From a virus (taxonomy: Duplodnaviria > Heunggongvirae > Uroviricota > Caudoviricetes), in IMG/VR virus record IMGVR_UViG_2802428818_000001, positions 1 through 52,563 of that record: a stretch of 52,563 nt of DNA. The stretch is one strand, 5' to 3'. Positions 17,968 to 26,819 of the stretch are shown here, piece after piece (position 1 is the first letter of the stretch; each line of letters opens with the position of its first letter). The position numbers and the translations under genes were made by a program. A model generated the notes under the pieces. That model ran no database searches and had not been told where the DNA came from. It worked only from the letters and a program-made list of their open reading frames with translations.

Positions 17968-18464
17968 GATACGACCACCTTCACGACTTTGCGTTTGTAT
18001 GGAAAGAGCGACAAGGTGTAAACGAACACACCTGTTGCATCAGCTTCTATCTCCCATAGACCATCATCAATAGTATAGGTCTCTCCCTCGAATGACAGGG
18101 TAGTCCCAACTGGAATGTTGAAGAACTGTTGGACTTGACCGACAGTCAGAGACACCTCGTCGGAGAGGACAAACTCCGGCTTCTCGAACACCTGGCCATT
18201 CAGCACGAAGTGATCAAACGGGCTGGCATATGTGATGTCCGGGTCATCCTGCACCATGACCGGTGCGCCATCCTTGCCCAGGACAACATTTCCCTCATTG
18301 TCGGTTTCCGGGCGTTCCGGTGGGTAGACAGGAGGAATGTCCAAATATTCGGCATCACCGTTCCCGTCGAGGAAGTGCTGGCGCACCTCTGTTGGAACGG
18401 GGTCGAGCATGACATGGAAAATCTCTCCAAATCCGTTGCCCATATTTCGGTATTCAACAATCAC
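17964..18464 (-). CDS. Tail-associated hypothetical protein
   Basis: GTGA overlap with the upstream stop suggests a GTG start at 18464. Confidence 0.65.
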   Translation of the reverse strand: MIVEYRNMGNGFGEIFHVMLDPVPTEVRQHFLDGNGDAEYLDIPPVYPPERPETDNEGNVVLGKDGAPVMVQDDPDITYASPFDHFVLNGQVFEKPEFVLSDEVSLTVGQVQQFFNIPVGTTLSFEGETYTIDDGLWEIEADATGVFVYTLSLFPYKRKVVKVVVS

Positions 18465-18844
18465 AGGATGCTCTCCCAAACAACATAAGCCCAAGATACT
18501 GACGAAGAAGAATAAAAACGTATCCGGCTAAGTTCAACGTTACATGCGAAGCCACTGCTGGGCGGGAATCCCCCTTCGTCCCATGAGGGGAAAAGAGGTC
18601 CATTTATCACGCTATACATTGTTCCACCGGCCAGGCAGATGATGTCGCACCACGGCTTGCGAGTGAAGGTTTTGCCGAAGTTAACGTTTACCGTCGTGCC
18701 ATTCGTAGTGAGAGAGCCCTTTACGCAAACTCCAAGGCCCATCAAGTCGGAACTAAACAACAACTGTCCGGGAGTGGCCGTCAGAACATCAAATCCCGGC
18801 CTCGACACCTTCAGGCTGGTATCCAAAAGAACTCGATTTACCAT
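18461..18844 (-). CDS. Tail-tip accessory protein, paralogue 3
   Basis: MVNRVLL...LKVSRPGFDVL motif shared with the two upstream genes. Confidence 0.75.
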   Translation of the reverse strand: MVNRVLLDTSLKVSRPGFDVLTATPGQLLFSSDLMGLGVCVKGSLTTNGTTVNVNFGKTFTRKPWCDIICLAGGTMYSVINGPLFPSWDEGGFPPSSGFACNVELSRIRFYSSSSVSWAYVVWESIL

Positions 18845-19224
18845 TACCCATCCCTGTCGAGTGCCATGACCATGTATATAATTTCCCTCTTCGTCGGATC
18901 GCTTTCTCCAGGGCTATTGCCTGCAAGGCCTTGCGCCTTGTTAAATCGAATCTGCGTTAGAGAAGGATAGGTCAAATACACCTGATAGCCGTTGGAGTAG
19001 AACCGGACGAGAGGGTAATAACCCAGGTTCGGTATCGCGACATTCCACGGCCCCGTGCCACTACCCATTGCAATTCGTCCTGCCTGGACGACTTGCATGC
19101 TGGAAGGGATATCCGTGCCGAACAGCATGTTGCTATTAGCCGTGGTAAGAACGTCAAATCCCGGCTTCGAAACCCACATACCGAACAGAGAGCCTTTAGC
19201 CCCAAAGACCACCCGATTTGTCAT
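18844..19224 (-). CDS. Tail-tip accessory protein, paralogue 2
   Basis: MTNRVVFG...GMWVSKPGFDVL; ATGA overlap at 19221-19224. Confidence 0.75.
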   Translation of the reverse strand: MTNRVVFGAKGSLFGMWVSKPGFDVLTTANSNMLFGTDIPSSMQVVQAGRIAMGSGTGPWNVAIPNLGYYPLVRFYSNGYQVYLTYPSLTQIRFNKAQGLAGNSPGESDPTKREIIYMVMALDRDG

Positions 19225-19625
19225 GCCAGCGGTCTCTCTGCATACCAGACGCATTGATCAAAATAGGACTCATCCTGGCTCAACCACGTCATCACAATAC
19301 TGGAACCCGCAACGGCCCACATAGGCGGTTGAATCCAACTGTTCGGGTAGTAGGGATGCGATGCGTTACATTTCACTGCTGCCAGGAAGTATGCTGGGTC
19401 TGCGATTGAAGGCACAAACCCGATATTAACGGTCAGGCGCACGTCGGAGCTGGATTGGGTGAACGCCGTCGATATCCCGGAGGTGTAGACCTTACCCATG
19501 TCTGTCCATCGGCTATCGAAAGCAATCTGATCAGCATCCAGAGCAGAAAGCACATTGAACCCCGGCCTCGAAATCTTAAGACCGAAGGTTCCATCGAACG
19601 CGCCAAGAACGAGTCTGTTGCTCAT
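19221..19625 (-). CDS. Tail-tip accessory protein, paralogue 1
   Basis: MSNRLVLG...GLKISRPGFNVL. Confidence 0.75.
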   Translation of the reverse strand: MSNRLVLGAFDGTFGLKISRPGFNVLSALDADQIAFDSRWTDMGKVYTSGISTAFTQSSSDVRLTVNIGFVPSIADPAYFLAAVKCNASHPYYPNSWIQPPMWAVAGSSIVMTWLSQDESYFDQCVWYAERPLA

Positions 19626-19652
19626 ATCGGAATATTAAGTTCGCCTATGAGG

Positions 19653-19670
19653 TAAGTCAATATTGACTTA
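19653..19670. promoter_or_regulatory. 18-bp palindrome, copy 8
   Basis: TAAGTCAATATTGACTTA (perfect). Confidence 0.85.
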
Positions 19671-19672
19671 TC

Positions 19673-22600
19673 TCAATCGGCAATCAAGATCCTCTTGTTG
19701 GTGAGATCGACCTGCATCTTGCTGTCCGACGAACGAAGCATACCGGCCGTCAGCGTGCCGACGTCGGCGCTGATTGCCGAAAGCGTGCCAACGCTGATCT
19801 GCACGGCCGTGACGGTGTCAGCCTTAATGTTTCCACCGTCGATCACCGTGCGGCCGTAGGTCGAATTAAGGATGGTGCTGCCCTGGTAGGTCGCGAGCAC
19901 AATGCAGTTGGCACCGAAGGCCGTTGCAACGTTGGTCGTGACCGAAAGCGCTGCTGCATCCTTCACCCAATAGATATACATCGTGCCGGACGACCAGGTG
20001 CCCGTAGAGCCAGCAGCGACCGCAACAGTTTTTGCCGTGCCATCATCGCCCATGTAGCTGATCGAGCCAGCCGTCCAGCTCGCGCGGTTGGCAGCCGGAG
20101 CGTTGTGTTCGAATTGCAGGCCGTTCAAGGTGATGTTACGGGCGCCGACGACAATAGCGTTGGCCTTGACCGTGCCGGCAGCGAGAGCGCCACCGTTGAT
20201 TTCGGTCGAGTCGCCACCCATCGCCCAGTTCGCGATGGTGCCGGCATTGGAGATCTTCACTCGGCCAGGCTCAATGAGGGTCGAGCCCGCGTTGACACGC
20301 GTTGCAGGATCAGCCGCGCGATCACGGATCGTGCCGAGGCTATCGCCACCGCCGACGATGATCGTGTTGGAGATCGTCGTATTCGCCTTGATCTTGACAG
20401 CATCGAGATCGACGATCTTCGCCGAGGTGATGATCGCGTCCTTGATCTGCACCGAGCCGGTGATGATCGCCTCATTGGTGACGAGCTGGCTGGCGCCGAC
20501 AGTGCCGGCGATCAGATCGTTACCGCTGATCATGACCTTGCCGTCGGCCATCTGGATATCGTTTCCACCGCGATAAACGGCGATCACATAACCACTGTCC
20601 GTGAAGATGGTCGAGATCGAGGTCGTGGAGCGCAGCGTGGTTTCGCCCTCGACGTAGTAGAGGTAGAGCGCACCAGCCGTCCAGGTGAAGTTGCCAGCGC
20701 TGATCGTATTGGTCGTAACGCCCGCGGTCGGCGAGCCGATCGAGATATCGAAGGCACCCCAGGCGACCTGGTCGGCAGCCGGTGAGTTCGGCGTCAGCGT
20801 CAGACCAACGATCGTCATGGTCTTCGGGTTCGGCAGCGCTGCGGTCTCGGCGAACTCGACACCAGTGAGCTCCGAGGCATTGGCAGACGTATCGACGGCA
20901 CGCAGCCAGTAGTAGCGCGTGACATTGTTGGCAAGGCCCGTGCGCGCGAAGCTGCTGCCGATCGACATGGCGATGACCGTCGCGGTCTCGGGATCGTTGG
21001 TCTCGCTCTCGAGGATCTCGACGAACGCCAGGTCGGCGTCAGCAGGATTGACCCAGGCGAGCCACAGCGACGTCAGGCCAGGCGTGACGGTGAAGTCGGT
21101 CGGAACACCAGGTGCAATCTCATCCTTGGCCGCAACGTGCGTAATGGCTTCAGAGTAGCCGGAAGCATTGCCGCTTTTGTCGCGGGCGCGGATCTGGATC
21201 TGATAGCTGACAGCCGGGATTGCGTCGAACTCGAACGGACCTTCGGCGACCGGATAACTCACCCAGTTGCCACTGCCCTGCTTGATCTGAAGATCATAGG
21301 CAGCCATGTCGTTTTCGGTGTTAGCGTTCCAGGTGACAGTCACGCGGGCAACACCGTTCGCAACAACTGAGGTCGCAGCAAGACCCGTCGGGATCTCCGG
21401 AGGGTCCATGTCGAAGGCAGCCTTAGTCTGCACCATCAGCGGTGGCGAGATATTCAGGCCGGTCCTGCCGAAGGCATCGTAGGCGGCTGCGCGGATATAA
21501 TAGGTCTTCAGTTCCTCGCCGGTGAACACGTAGGAGCCGCCCATGCCGTCATAGCGCGGCGTGGTCGTCATCGGATCGAAGGTGTCATTCTCCTCGATCC
21601 AGATCAGCGTGCCCGCGAAGTCGTCATCAACCTGTGCCGGCCATTCCAGATGGATGTTCGACATGAAGACAAAAGCGTTGGGATTGAAGGCGGGCGGGAC
21701 CGGGTTGGAAATCGTAATCGTCGCCGGGTTGCTCGTGCGCGCCAGCGTATCCGTCACCGTGACGTCGAAGCGCAGATTGCGGGTCGGGCCACCAATGCCA
21801 GCCAGCTTGCCGTCGGCCGTGTTCATATCCAGCGTGTAGTTGTAGCTCGTGGTATCGACCTTCTGGACGCGCAGCACCAGGCCGCTGGTCGCATCCCAGA
21901 CAGTGACGGTGTTGTAGTCCAGGAACGGGCTGCGAATATTGCCGACAGTCGCATCATCAGCGGTCGGCGCGGTCGAAGCCGGGAAGTTGTTCTGCCAGGT
22001 GATCGTCGGCGTGGTGCCGGCGAAATGCACGCCGTCTTCCGAACCTTCGAGCTTCAGGTGCGAAACGGTCGGCGAGGCAGAGACGGCCCAGCCGGCGATC
22101 TCATATTGCAGGCTTGCCGGTTGCGAGCGCACCGAGCTCTGGCTAATCGCATAGACGAAGAAGGTGTATTCACCAGTCGGCAGATCGGTGATGTCGATCG
22201 AGTTGTTCTTGGTCGTGCCGACGATGTTGTAGCCGCTCGTGTCCGAGAGCATTCCAACTTCGTATTCCTTCGTCATGTAGTCGCGCGGGTTCGTCCACGA
22301 CAGCGTCAGGTTCGACTTCGGCATGCCGTTTTCGAGGTAGCTGACTTCATCGACGCGCAGGTTCTCCGGCGCCAGGCTTTCGTTCTTCGGCCTGGTGTAT
22401 TGGATGGGCTGAAGCGTCTTCATGTTCTCGACGCGGGCATATTTGTTCGGGTCGTGGAACAGCGCCGTAATCTTGAAGAGGTTCTTCTTGTCTTCCTTCA
22501 TGGTGATGACGCGATACTGGCGCGGCGCAACGTCCGTGCCGCGCAGCACCCACATCGAGTTCACCAGCGGCAGCTCCGGCAGATCGGCTGTCAGAACCAT

Positions 22601-24343
22601 GCGGTCGTAGCCGAGGGACTCGCCGGCTTCGTCGAAGATCTGGTTGGTGAAGTGGTCGATCGCCATCAGCTTCACCTCGCCATCAGGCAGGGTGACATAG
22701 ACCGAATAGGTCGAACCGGGCGTCGGCTTGAAGGGAGCGTCGAGCCAGAGCTGCCTGGTCTCGGCTGCCTTCAGACGGCCACCAATGCGCACCTGCGCCT
22801 TGTTTGGGTCGGCGATCGCAATGATGTTGCCCGGCCGAATGTCGGTCGAGTCCCAGGATGCGGTGAAATCGACGGTCTCGGTCTCGTTGAGCTCGACATC
22901 GAGGATCCACTTGCCATAGCGGTGCGCCAGAGAGCGCGAGGTGCAGCCCGTGAGCGACACGGATTTCTCGCGCCAGCCCCAGCGGTTAAGGGCCTCGTCG
23001 CTGATGACAGGCTCGACGTCCGGACGAAAGAAGTCATCCGGGTTGTTGTAGCTGACCAGGCAGACCGAATGACGCGCCTTCTGCGAGGTGCCCGAATAGT
23101 TGAAGTCGCCGACGACGTTGGCCGGCGAAAAGAGCTTGGCTGGATCTTCCGGCATATCGGCAGACGCAAAGACCTGGCCGAGCGACCAGTAGGCCATGCC
23201 GCGCCAGGACGTCGAGATCTGCTGAAGCACGCGCCAGGCGTCCTCACGCGAGCGCAGAACGCCGTTGAAGGTGTAGCGGGGCTCCCAGATCTCCGCGCCG
23301 GTGTCGCTGTTCTTGAAGCCCGTCTTGACCTTCTGGTCGCAATACTGACCGATCGCATAGAGCGTCCACTTGTCAACGATCTGGGCAGAGACGAACTCGC
23401 CAAGGCCGTAGCGATCATTGGTCAAGAGGTCGTAGAAGATCCAGGCCGGGTTGTTGGTCCAGGCCTTCTTGAATGTGCCGTCCCAGCCGCCCGTATAGGT
23501 GCGCGCGATCGGATCGTAGTTCTTCGGCACATTGATGATCAGGCCGCGATAGCGGTAGTTGCGCGCCGGGATGGACTGACCCATATCCTCGGCGTTGACT
23601 TCCATCGCGACGAGCGCGGTGTTCGGATAGGTGAACTTGCCTTCGACGAGAACCGTATAGCTCTCGAACCAGGTGTCGTTCTGCAGTCTGTCGTTCTCGC
23701 TGTCCTCCGTCAGGCGCACCATGCGGATATCCCAGGGATACCCGCCGAGCGGCAGCTCGATGCGATGCGCACGCTGCACGGCCGAGGTGCACTTCTGGTC
23801 GGTCAGAACCTCGGTATGGGCACGCTGCCAGGAGCCGTTATAGCCGCGGACGTCGATACCGTAGGAGACGGAAGCCGTCTTCAGCTTGCCCGACTTCTTT
23901 TCCTGACGCACAAGCGAAGGCAGGCGCACGATAACGCGCACGGCATCGGCGTTCTCTTCGTTGATGGTGCGGACGACCGGGCCGGTGTCGAACTTGACCC
24001 GCGTTTCGACCTGAAAGGGCGTCTCGACCTGCGGGAAGCCGGTGAAGTGTTCCTGGTCGGGATAGCCGCGGCGCTGCGCGATGATGACGTTCTTGAAGTT
24101 CTCGGTCTCGTTTTCGTTCTTGACCGGCGTCTGCTCGAAATAGCAGGCGCGGCCGAGATCCTCGTCAGCAAGAGGAACGCCATCGGCGATCAGGCCGACG
24201 CAAGGGCCTTCACCGATGATTTCGACCCAGCGGGCGCGTGCCTTCGAGCGCAGCGTGTTGCTGGCATTAGAGCCACCACCGCCGCCCTTGCCCTTACCAC
24301 CGCCCTTAGAGCCCTGAACAAGCTCCATGTCCAAAATAGTCAT
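19673..24343 (-). CDS. Tail tip attachment / central fibre protein (lambda J-like) with FN3 repeats
   Basis: AWTNNPAWIFYDLLTNDRYGLG, EPRYTFNG, several FN3-like units, C-terminal ITSAKI..L.A.KI repeats. Confidence 0.92.
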   Translation of the reverse strand: MTILDMELVQGSKGGGKGKGGGGGSNASNTLRSKARARWVEIIGEGPCVGLIADGVPLADEDLGRACYFEQTPVKNENETENFKNVIIAQRRGYPDQEHFTGFPQVETPFQVETRVKFDTGPVVRTINEENADAVRVIVRLPSLVRQEKKSGKLKTASVSYGIDVRGYNGSWQRAHTEVLTDQKCTSAVQRAHRIELPLGGYPWDIRMVRLTEDSENDRLQNDTWFESYTVLVEGKFTYPNTALVAMEVNAEDMGQSIPARNYRYRGLIINVPKNYDPIARTYTGGWDGTFKKAWTNNPAWIFYDLLTNDRYGLGEFVSAQIVDKWTLYAIGQYCDQKVKTGFKNSDTGAEIWEPRYTFNGVLRSREDAWRVLQQISTSWRGMAYWSLGQVFASADMPEDPAKLFSPANVVGDFNYSGTSQKARHSVCLVSYNNPDDFFRPDVEPVISDEALNRWGWREKSVSLTGCTSRSLAHRYGKWILDVELNETETVDFTASWDSTDIRPGNIIAIADPNKAQVRIGGRLKAAETRQLWLDAPFKPTPGSTYSVYVTLPDGEVKLMAIDHFTNQIFDEAGESLGYDRMVLTADLPELPLVNSMWVLRGTDVAPRQYRVITMKEDKKNLFKITALFHDPNKYARVENMKTLQPIQYTRPKNESLAPENLRVDEVSYLENGMPKSNLTLSWTNPRDYMTKEYEVGMLSDTSGYNIVGTTKNNSIDITDLPTGEYTFFVYAISQSSVRSQPASLQYEIAGWAVSASPTVSHLKLEGSEDGVHFAGTTPTITWQNNFPASTAPTADDATVGNIRSPFLDYNTVTVWDATSGLVLRVQKVDTTSYNYTLDMNTADGKLAGIGGPTRNLRFDVTVTDTLARTSNPATITISNPVPPAFNPNAFVFMSNIHLEWPAQVDDDFAGTLIWIEENDTFDPMTTTPRYDGMGGSYVFTGEELKTYYIRAAAYDAFGRTGLNISPPLMVQTKAAFDMDPPEIPTGLAATSVVANGVARVTVTWNANTENDMAAYDLQIKQGSGNWVSYPVAEGPFEFDAIPAVSYQIQIRARDKSGNASGYSEAITHVAAKDEIAPGVPTDFTVTPGLTSLWLAWVNPADADLAFVEILESETNDPETATVIAMSIGSSFARTGLANNVTRYYWLRAVDTSANASELTGVEFAETAALPNPKTMTIVGLTLTPNSPAADQVAWGAFDISIGSPTAGVTTNTISAGNFTWTAGALYLYYVEGETTLRSTTSISTIFTDSGYVIAVYRGGNDIQMADGKVMISGNDLIAGTVGASQLVTNEAIITGSVQIKDAIITSAKIVDLDAVKIKANTTISNTIIVGGGDSLGTIRDRAADPATRVNAGSTLIEPGRVKISNAGTIANWAMGGDSTEINGGALAAGTVKANAIVVGARNITLNGLQFEHNAPAANRASWTAGSISYMGDDGTAKTVAVAAGSTGTWSSGTMYIYWVKDAAALSVTTNVATAFGANCIVLATYQGSTILNSTYGRTVIDGGNIKADTVTAVQISVGTLSAISADVGTLTAGMLRSSDSKMQVDLTNKRILIAD

Positions 24344-24346
24344 GCC

Positions 24347-24940
24347 TTAATTCCCGAGCTGTTCGATATCGATGCCGATAGAGGCCAGGACGCCTCCGGT
24401 GATGACGTCGCCGTAGACGAGTGGCAGGGCGCCGCCCTGCTCGTAGGTGTTGCCAGGACCGGACAGCAGGTAGCTGTCCTTGTTCTCTTCGGACTTCTCT
24501 TCAGGGGAGAGCATCTGGCTGACACCGGCGACTGCGAGCGCCACACCGAGCATTGCCATGTTGCCGTAGCTTACAGAGCCGCCCAGAGCTGCGATCGGCG
24601 TTGCGAGCGCGCCACCGGAAAACAGGAAGGCAGCGCCAACGAGGGCGACGCCAAGGACGACCTTCAGCAGGCCACCGCGCTTGGAGCCGGCGACGTAAGG
24701 CAGAATGTGCAGCGGTGCCCGCCCGAGCCGGTAGGCCGTGCAGAGTTCGATATCGAGCGAACGGCCGCGATCGATGTCCTTGCCGCGAACGACGTGCCAT
24801 TCGCCGGCACGCATGAGTTTCTCGAAACCCTCGAAATTGACGCAGAGCGCTCGCACGGCCTCAGCCGCGGTCTCGACCTCAAACTGGTGCTCATGACCGA
24901 AGCGACGGGCGAGCTCGCCGTGCAGGAAAACCTTACGCAT
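24347..24940 (-). CDS. Tail assembly protein (lambda I-like)
   Basis: MRKVFLHGELARRFG..H.FEV.T.AEAVRALC; PLVYG.V..GG. Confidence 0.88.
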   Translation of the reverse strand: MRKVFLHGELARRFGHEHQFEVETAAEAVRALCVNFEGFEKLMRAGEWHVVRGKDIDRGRSLDIELCTAYRLGRAPLHILPYVAGSKRGGLLKVVLGVALVGAAFLFSGGALATPIAALGGSVSYGNMAMLGVALAVAGVSQMLSPEEKSEENKDSYLLSGPGNTYEQGGALPLVYGDVITGGVLASIGIDIEQLGN

Positions 24941-25688
24941 TCGATTTCCCCGTGTAGCGAATCCACATTTCGGCGTGGCGCGCCCAGATGCCGGCCGGTT
25001 CACGGCGCGACAGGCGCTTGGGGAAATGCTGAGCGATGGTGTCGTGCGTCAGCAGCACACCGCCGTGATTGAACTTGTCGGAATGCCACTTCAGCAGATA
25101 GACGTCGCCAGGACGCACGTCGGAGACGTTGACTTCAGTGAAGCCCTCGCCTGCCATGCCATCGAGGTAGAGATCCTCGCCAGTGTTGAACCAGTCGGCG
25201 TCACGCGGCTGTTCGGTGATCAGGTGCGGCTCGAGCGGCCATTCGACGCCTTGCGCTGCACAGCCTTCCCGCCCCAACCGGAAGACGTCGCGGATCAGCG
25301 CGAAGCAGTCGGTCACGCCCGGCACGAACTCGCGGCCGAGCAGCGGTGGAATATTGTCGTCGTCGCCCCAGATGATCGGATCGCCGAGGCGGTCTTCATC
25401 GACAGGAATGATTACCCACGGCAGATCGGATTTCATCTGGCCGATCATGTCGAGCTTGGAGGGCCAGAGCGGACCATCCGGATGCGAATGGACGATCGCC
25501 TGCATCTTGCCGGTCAGGATGGCGTTCTTGTAGTCCTGGGGATGGATCGCGAAGTCCTTCGTCGGATCTTCAGCGATGTTGCGGCAGCGCATATACTGCC
25601 CGCCCACGACGATGCCGCAGCTCTCCTGCGGATAAGCTTCACGCGCATGCTGACGGGCTGCGCTGATAATAGCGTCAGTGAAAATCAT
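24933..25688 (-). CDS. Tail tip assembly protein (lambda K-like; JAB/MPN + NlpC/P60)
   Basis: YPQESCG, HSHPD...PSKLD, DCFALIRD, NHGGVLL. Confidence 0.9.
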   Translation of the reverse strand: MIFTDAIISAARQHAREAYPQESCGIVVGGQYMRCRNIAEDPTKDFAIHPQDYKNAILTGKMQAIVHSHPDGPLWPSKLDMIGQMKSDLPWVIIPVDEDRLGDPIIWGDDDNIPPLLGREFVPGVTDCFALIRDVFRLGREGCAAQGVEWPLEPHLITEQPRDADWFNTGEDLYLDGMAGEGFTEVNVSDVRPGDVYLLKWHSDKFNHGGVLLTHDTIAQHFPKRLSRREPAGIWARHAEMWIRYTGKSNA

Positions 25689-26395
25689 GGTCTAACCCTT
25701 CCAACACCGGGAAAGCCGCCGAACGGCAGCGGATTGTTCTCGCCGAAGCGAACCTTGCAGCAGTTGACCGAGCGCGACGGCTCGTCCTTGTCGGCCGTGG
25801 TCGGCTGATCCTGCTTGTCGAAGTAGTTGGTCCCGGCGTAGGGGCAGAGCGCCCGCGTATAGTCGAAGAGGCCGGTGTTCCTGTTGAAGGCGCGGTAGCG
25901 GGCCAGGCAGGTGTCACGAATGACCTGGCGACCGGGCAGCTTCTTGCCTTCCTGGTCGATCGCAGCCGACAGCTCCCACTCGACATAGACCGGGTTCTCG
26001 GACGCCTTGCGGTCGACCAGGAACACGTCAGGTCCAAAGATCGCGGACGGATCGGGATCGTCGCCGTCGTCGAGGTGCTGCCTAAAGGTGCGGATGCGCC
26101 GGACTTCGCAGCCCAGCAGATCGCCATAGGTGTTGATCGCCGACTGGATCAGACCGTCGGAGTTGGCGATGCGCAGCGTCGGTGTCGGCAGAGCGCCCTG
26201 GCCGGAGACCTCGAAGCCCTCGAACTCCACATCGCACGGCTGATACTCGATGCCATCGTGCTTGACCGCGCCGCCCTCAACGCGACCCTGGACGAAGTAG
26301 AACAGCCCGCCCCCGACCGACGTAGCGTCGAGTCGGAAGAGCGAGACGTATTCGCCTGGGGTGAGGCTTTGCGCGGTCTGATAGATCGTAACCAT
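25685..26395 (-). CDS. Minor tail protein (lambda L-like)
   Basis: YQPCDVEFEGFE.SGQG.LPTPTL, RIRTF...LD, C-terminal C...C...CC..RFG...LPFGGFPG. Confidence 0.9.
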   Translation of the reverse strand: MVTIYQTAQSLTPGEYVSLFRLDATSVGGGLFYFVQGRVEGGAVKHDGIEYQPCDVEFEGFEVSGQGALPTPTLRIANSDGLIQSAINTYGDLLGCEVRRIRTFRQHLDDGDDPDPSAIFGPDVFLVDRKASENPVYVEWELSAAIDQEGKKLPGRQVIRDTCLARYRAFNRNTGLFDYTRALCPYAGTNYFDKQDQPTTADKDEPSRSVNCCKVRFGENNPLPFGGFPGVGRVRP

Positions 26396-26421
26396 GGGGC
26401 TCCTGAAAGAAGTCCATATGG

Positions 26422-26439
26422 TAAATCAATATTGACTTA
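26422..26439. promoter_or_regulatory. 18-bp palindrome, copy 9
   Basis: TAAATCAATATTGACTTA. Confidence 0.85.
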
Positions 26440-26462
26440 CTGTGAAGCCGCTAATTAGCGAT

Positions 26463-26819
26463 TTAGATCTCGTGGGTGAAGGATTGAACGAAGGTTGCGC
26501 TGATCTTGCGCGTGCCGTCGGAATTGACGGTGTCATCCCATTCTTCGCAGGTCCATTTGACCGGCAGGCTCTCTCGCGGCGGGACATAGTAGAACGACAG
26601 ATCGCCGCCCCGCTCCTCGAGAAAGTCGGAGATCACCCAGGCCTGGTCGTCGGTCAGAACCTCCCAGGCAAGCGACAGCTCGCGCCGGCGATGGTTGATC
26701 GAGGCGCGAGCTGTCTGAGTGTATCCTTCGCCGAACTCGGCCTTCAGGAGATTGTATTTGGTCTTGCGACCGATGCCCGGCGACGGCTCGACGGGCGGTG
26801 CGAAAGTTGGAAGTGCCAT
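26463..26819 (-). CDS. Minor tail protein (lambda M-like)
   Basis: AEFGEGYTQ....IN, FLEERGG..SFYYVPP, ATFVQSF. Confidence 0.88.
   Translation of the reverse strand: MALPTFAPPVEPSPGIGRKTKYNLLKAEFGEGYTQTARASINHRRRELSLAWEVLTDDQAWVISDFLEERGGDLSFYYVPPRESLPVKWTCEEWDDTVNSDGTRKISATFVQSFTHEI

Noticed and set aside
10819-24343. Diversity-generating retroelement or invertible tail-fibre switch
   Set aside because: No reverse transcriptase, template/variable repeat pair, invertase or inverted crossover sites were seen in the window.
21650-25072. 1140-aa + strand ORF, and similar long antisense ORFs (13735-15627, 35439-37151, 41655-43778, 50923-52413, 11611-13002, 26798-28279)
   Set aside because: They shadow well-supported genes on the opposite strand, have no recognisable motifs, and are expected from GC-rich codon bias.
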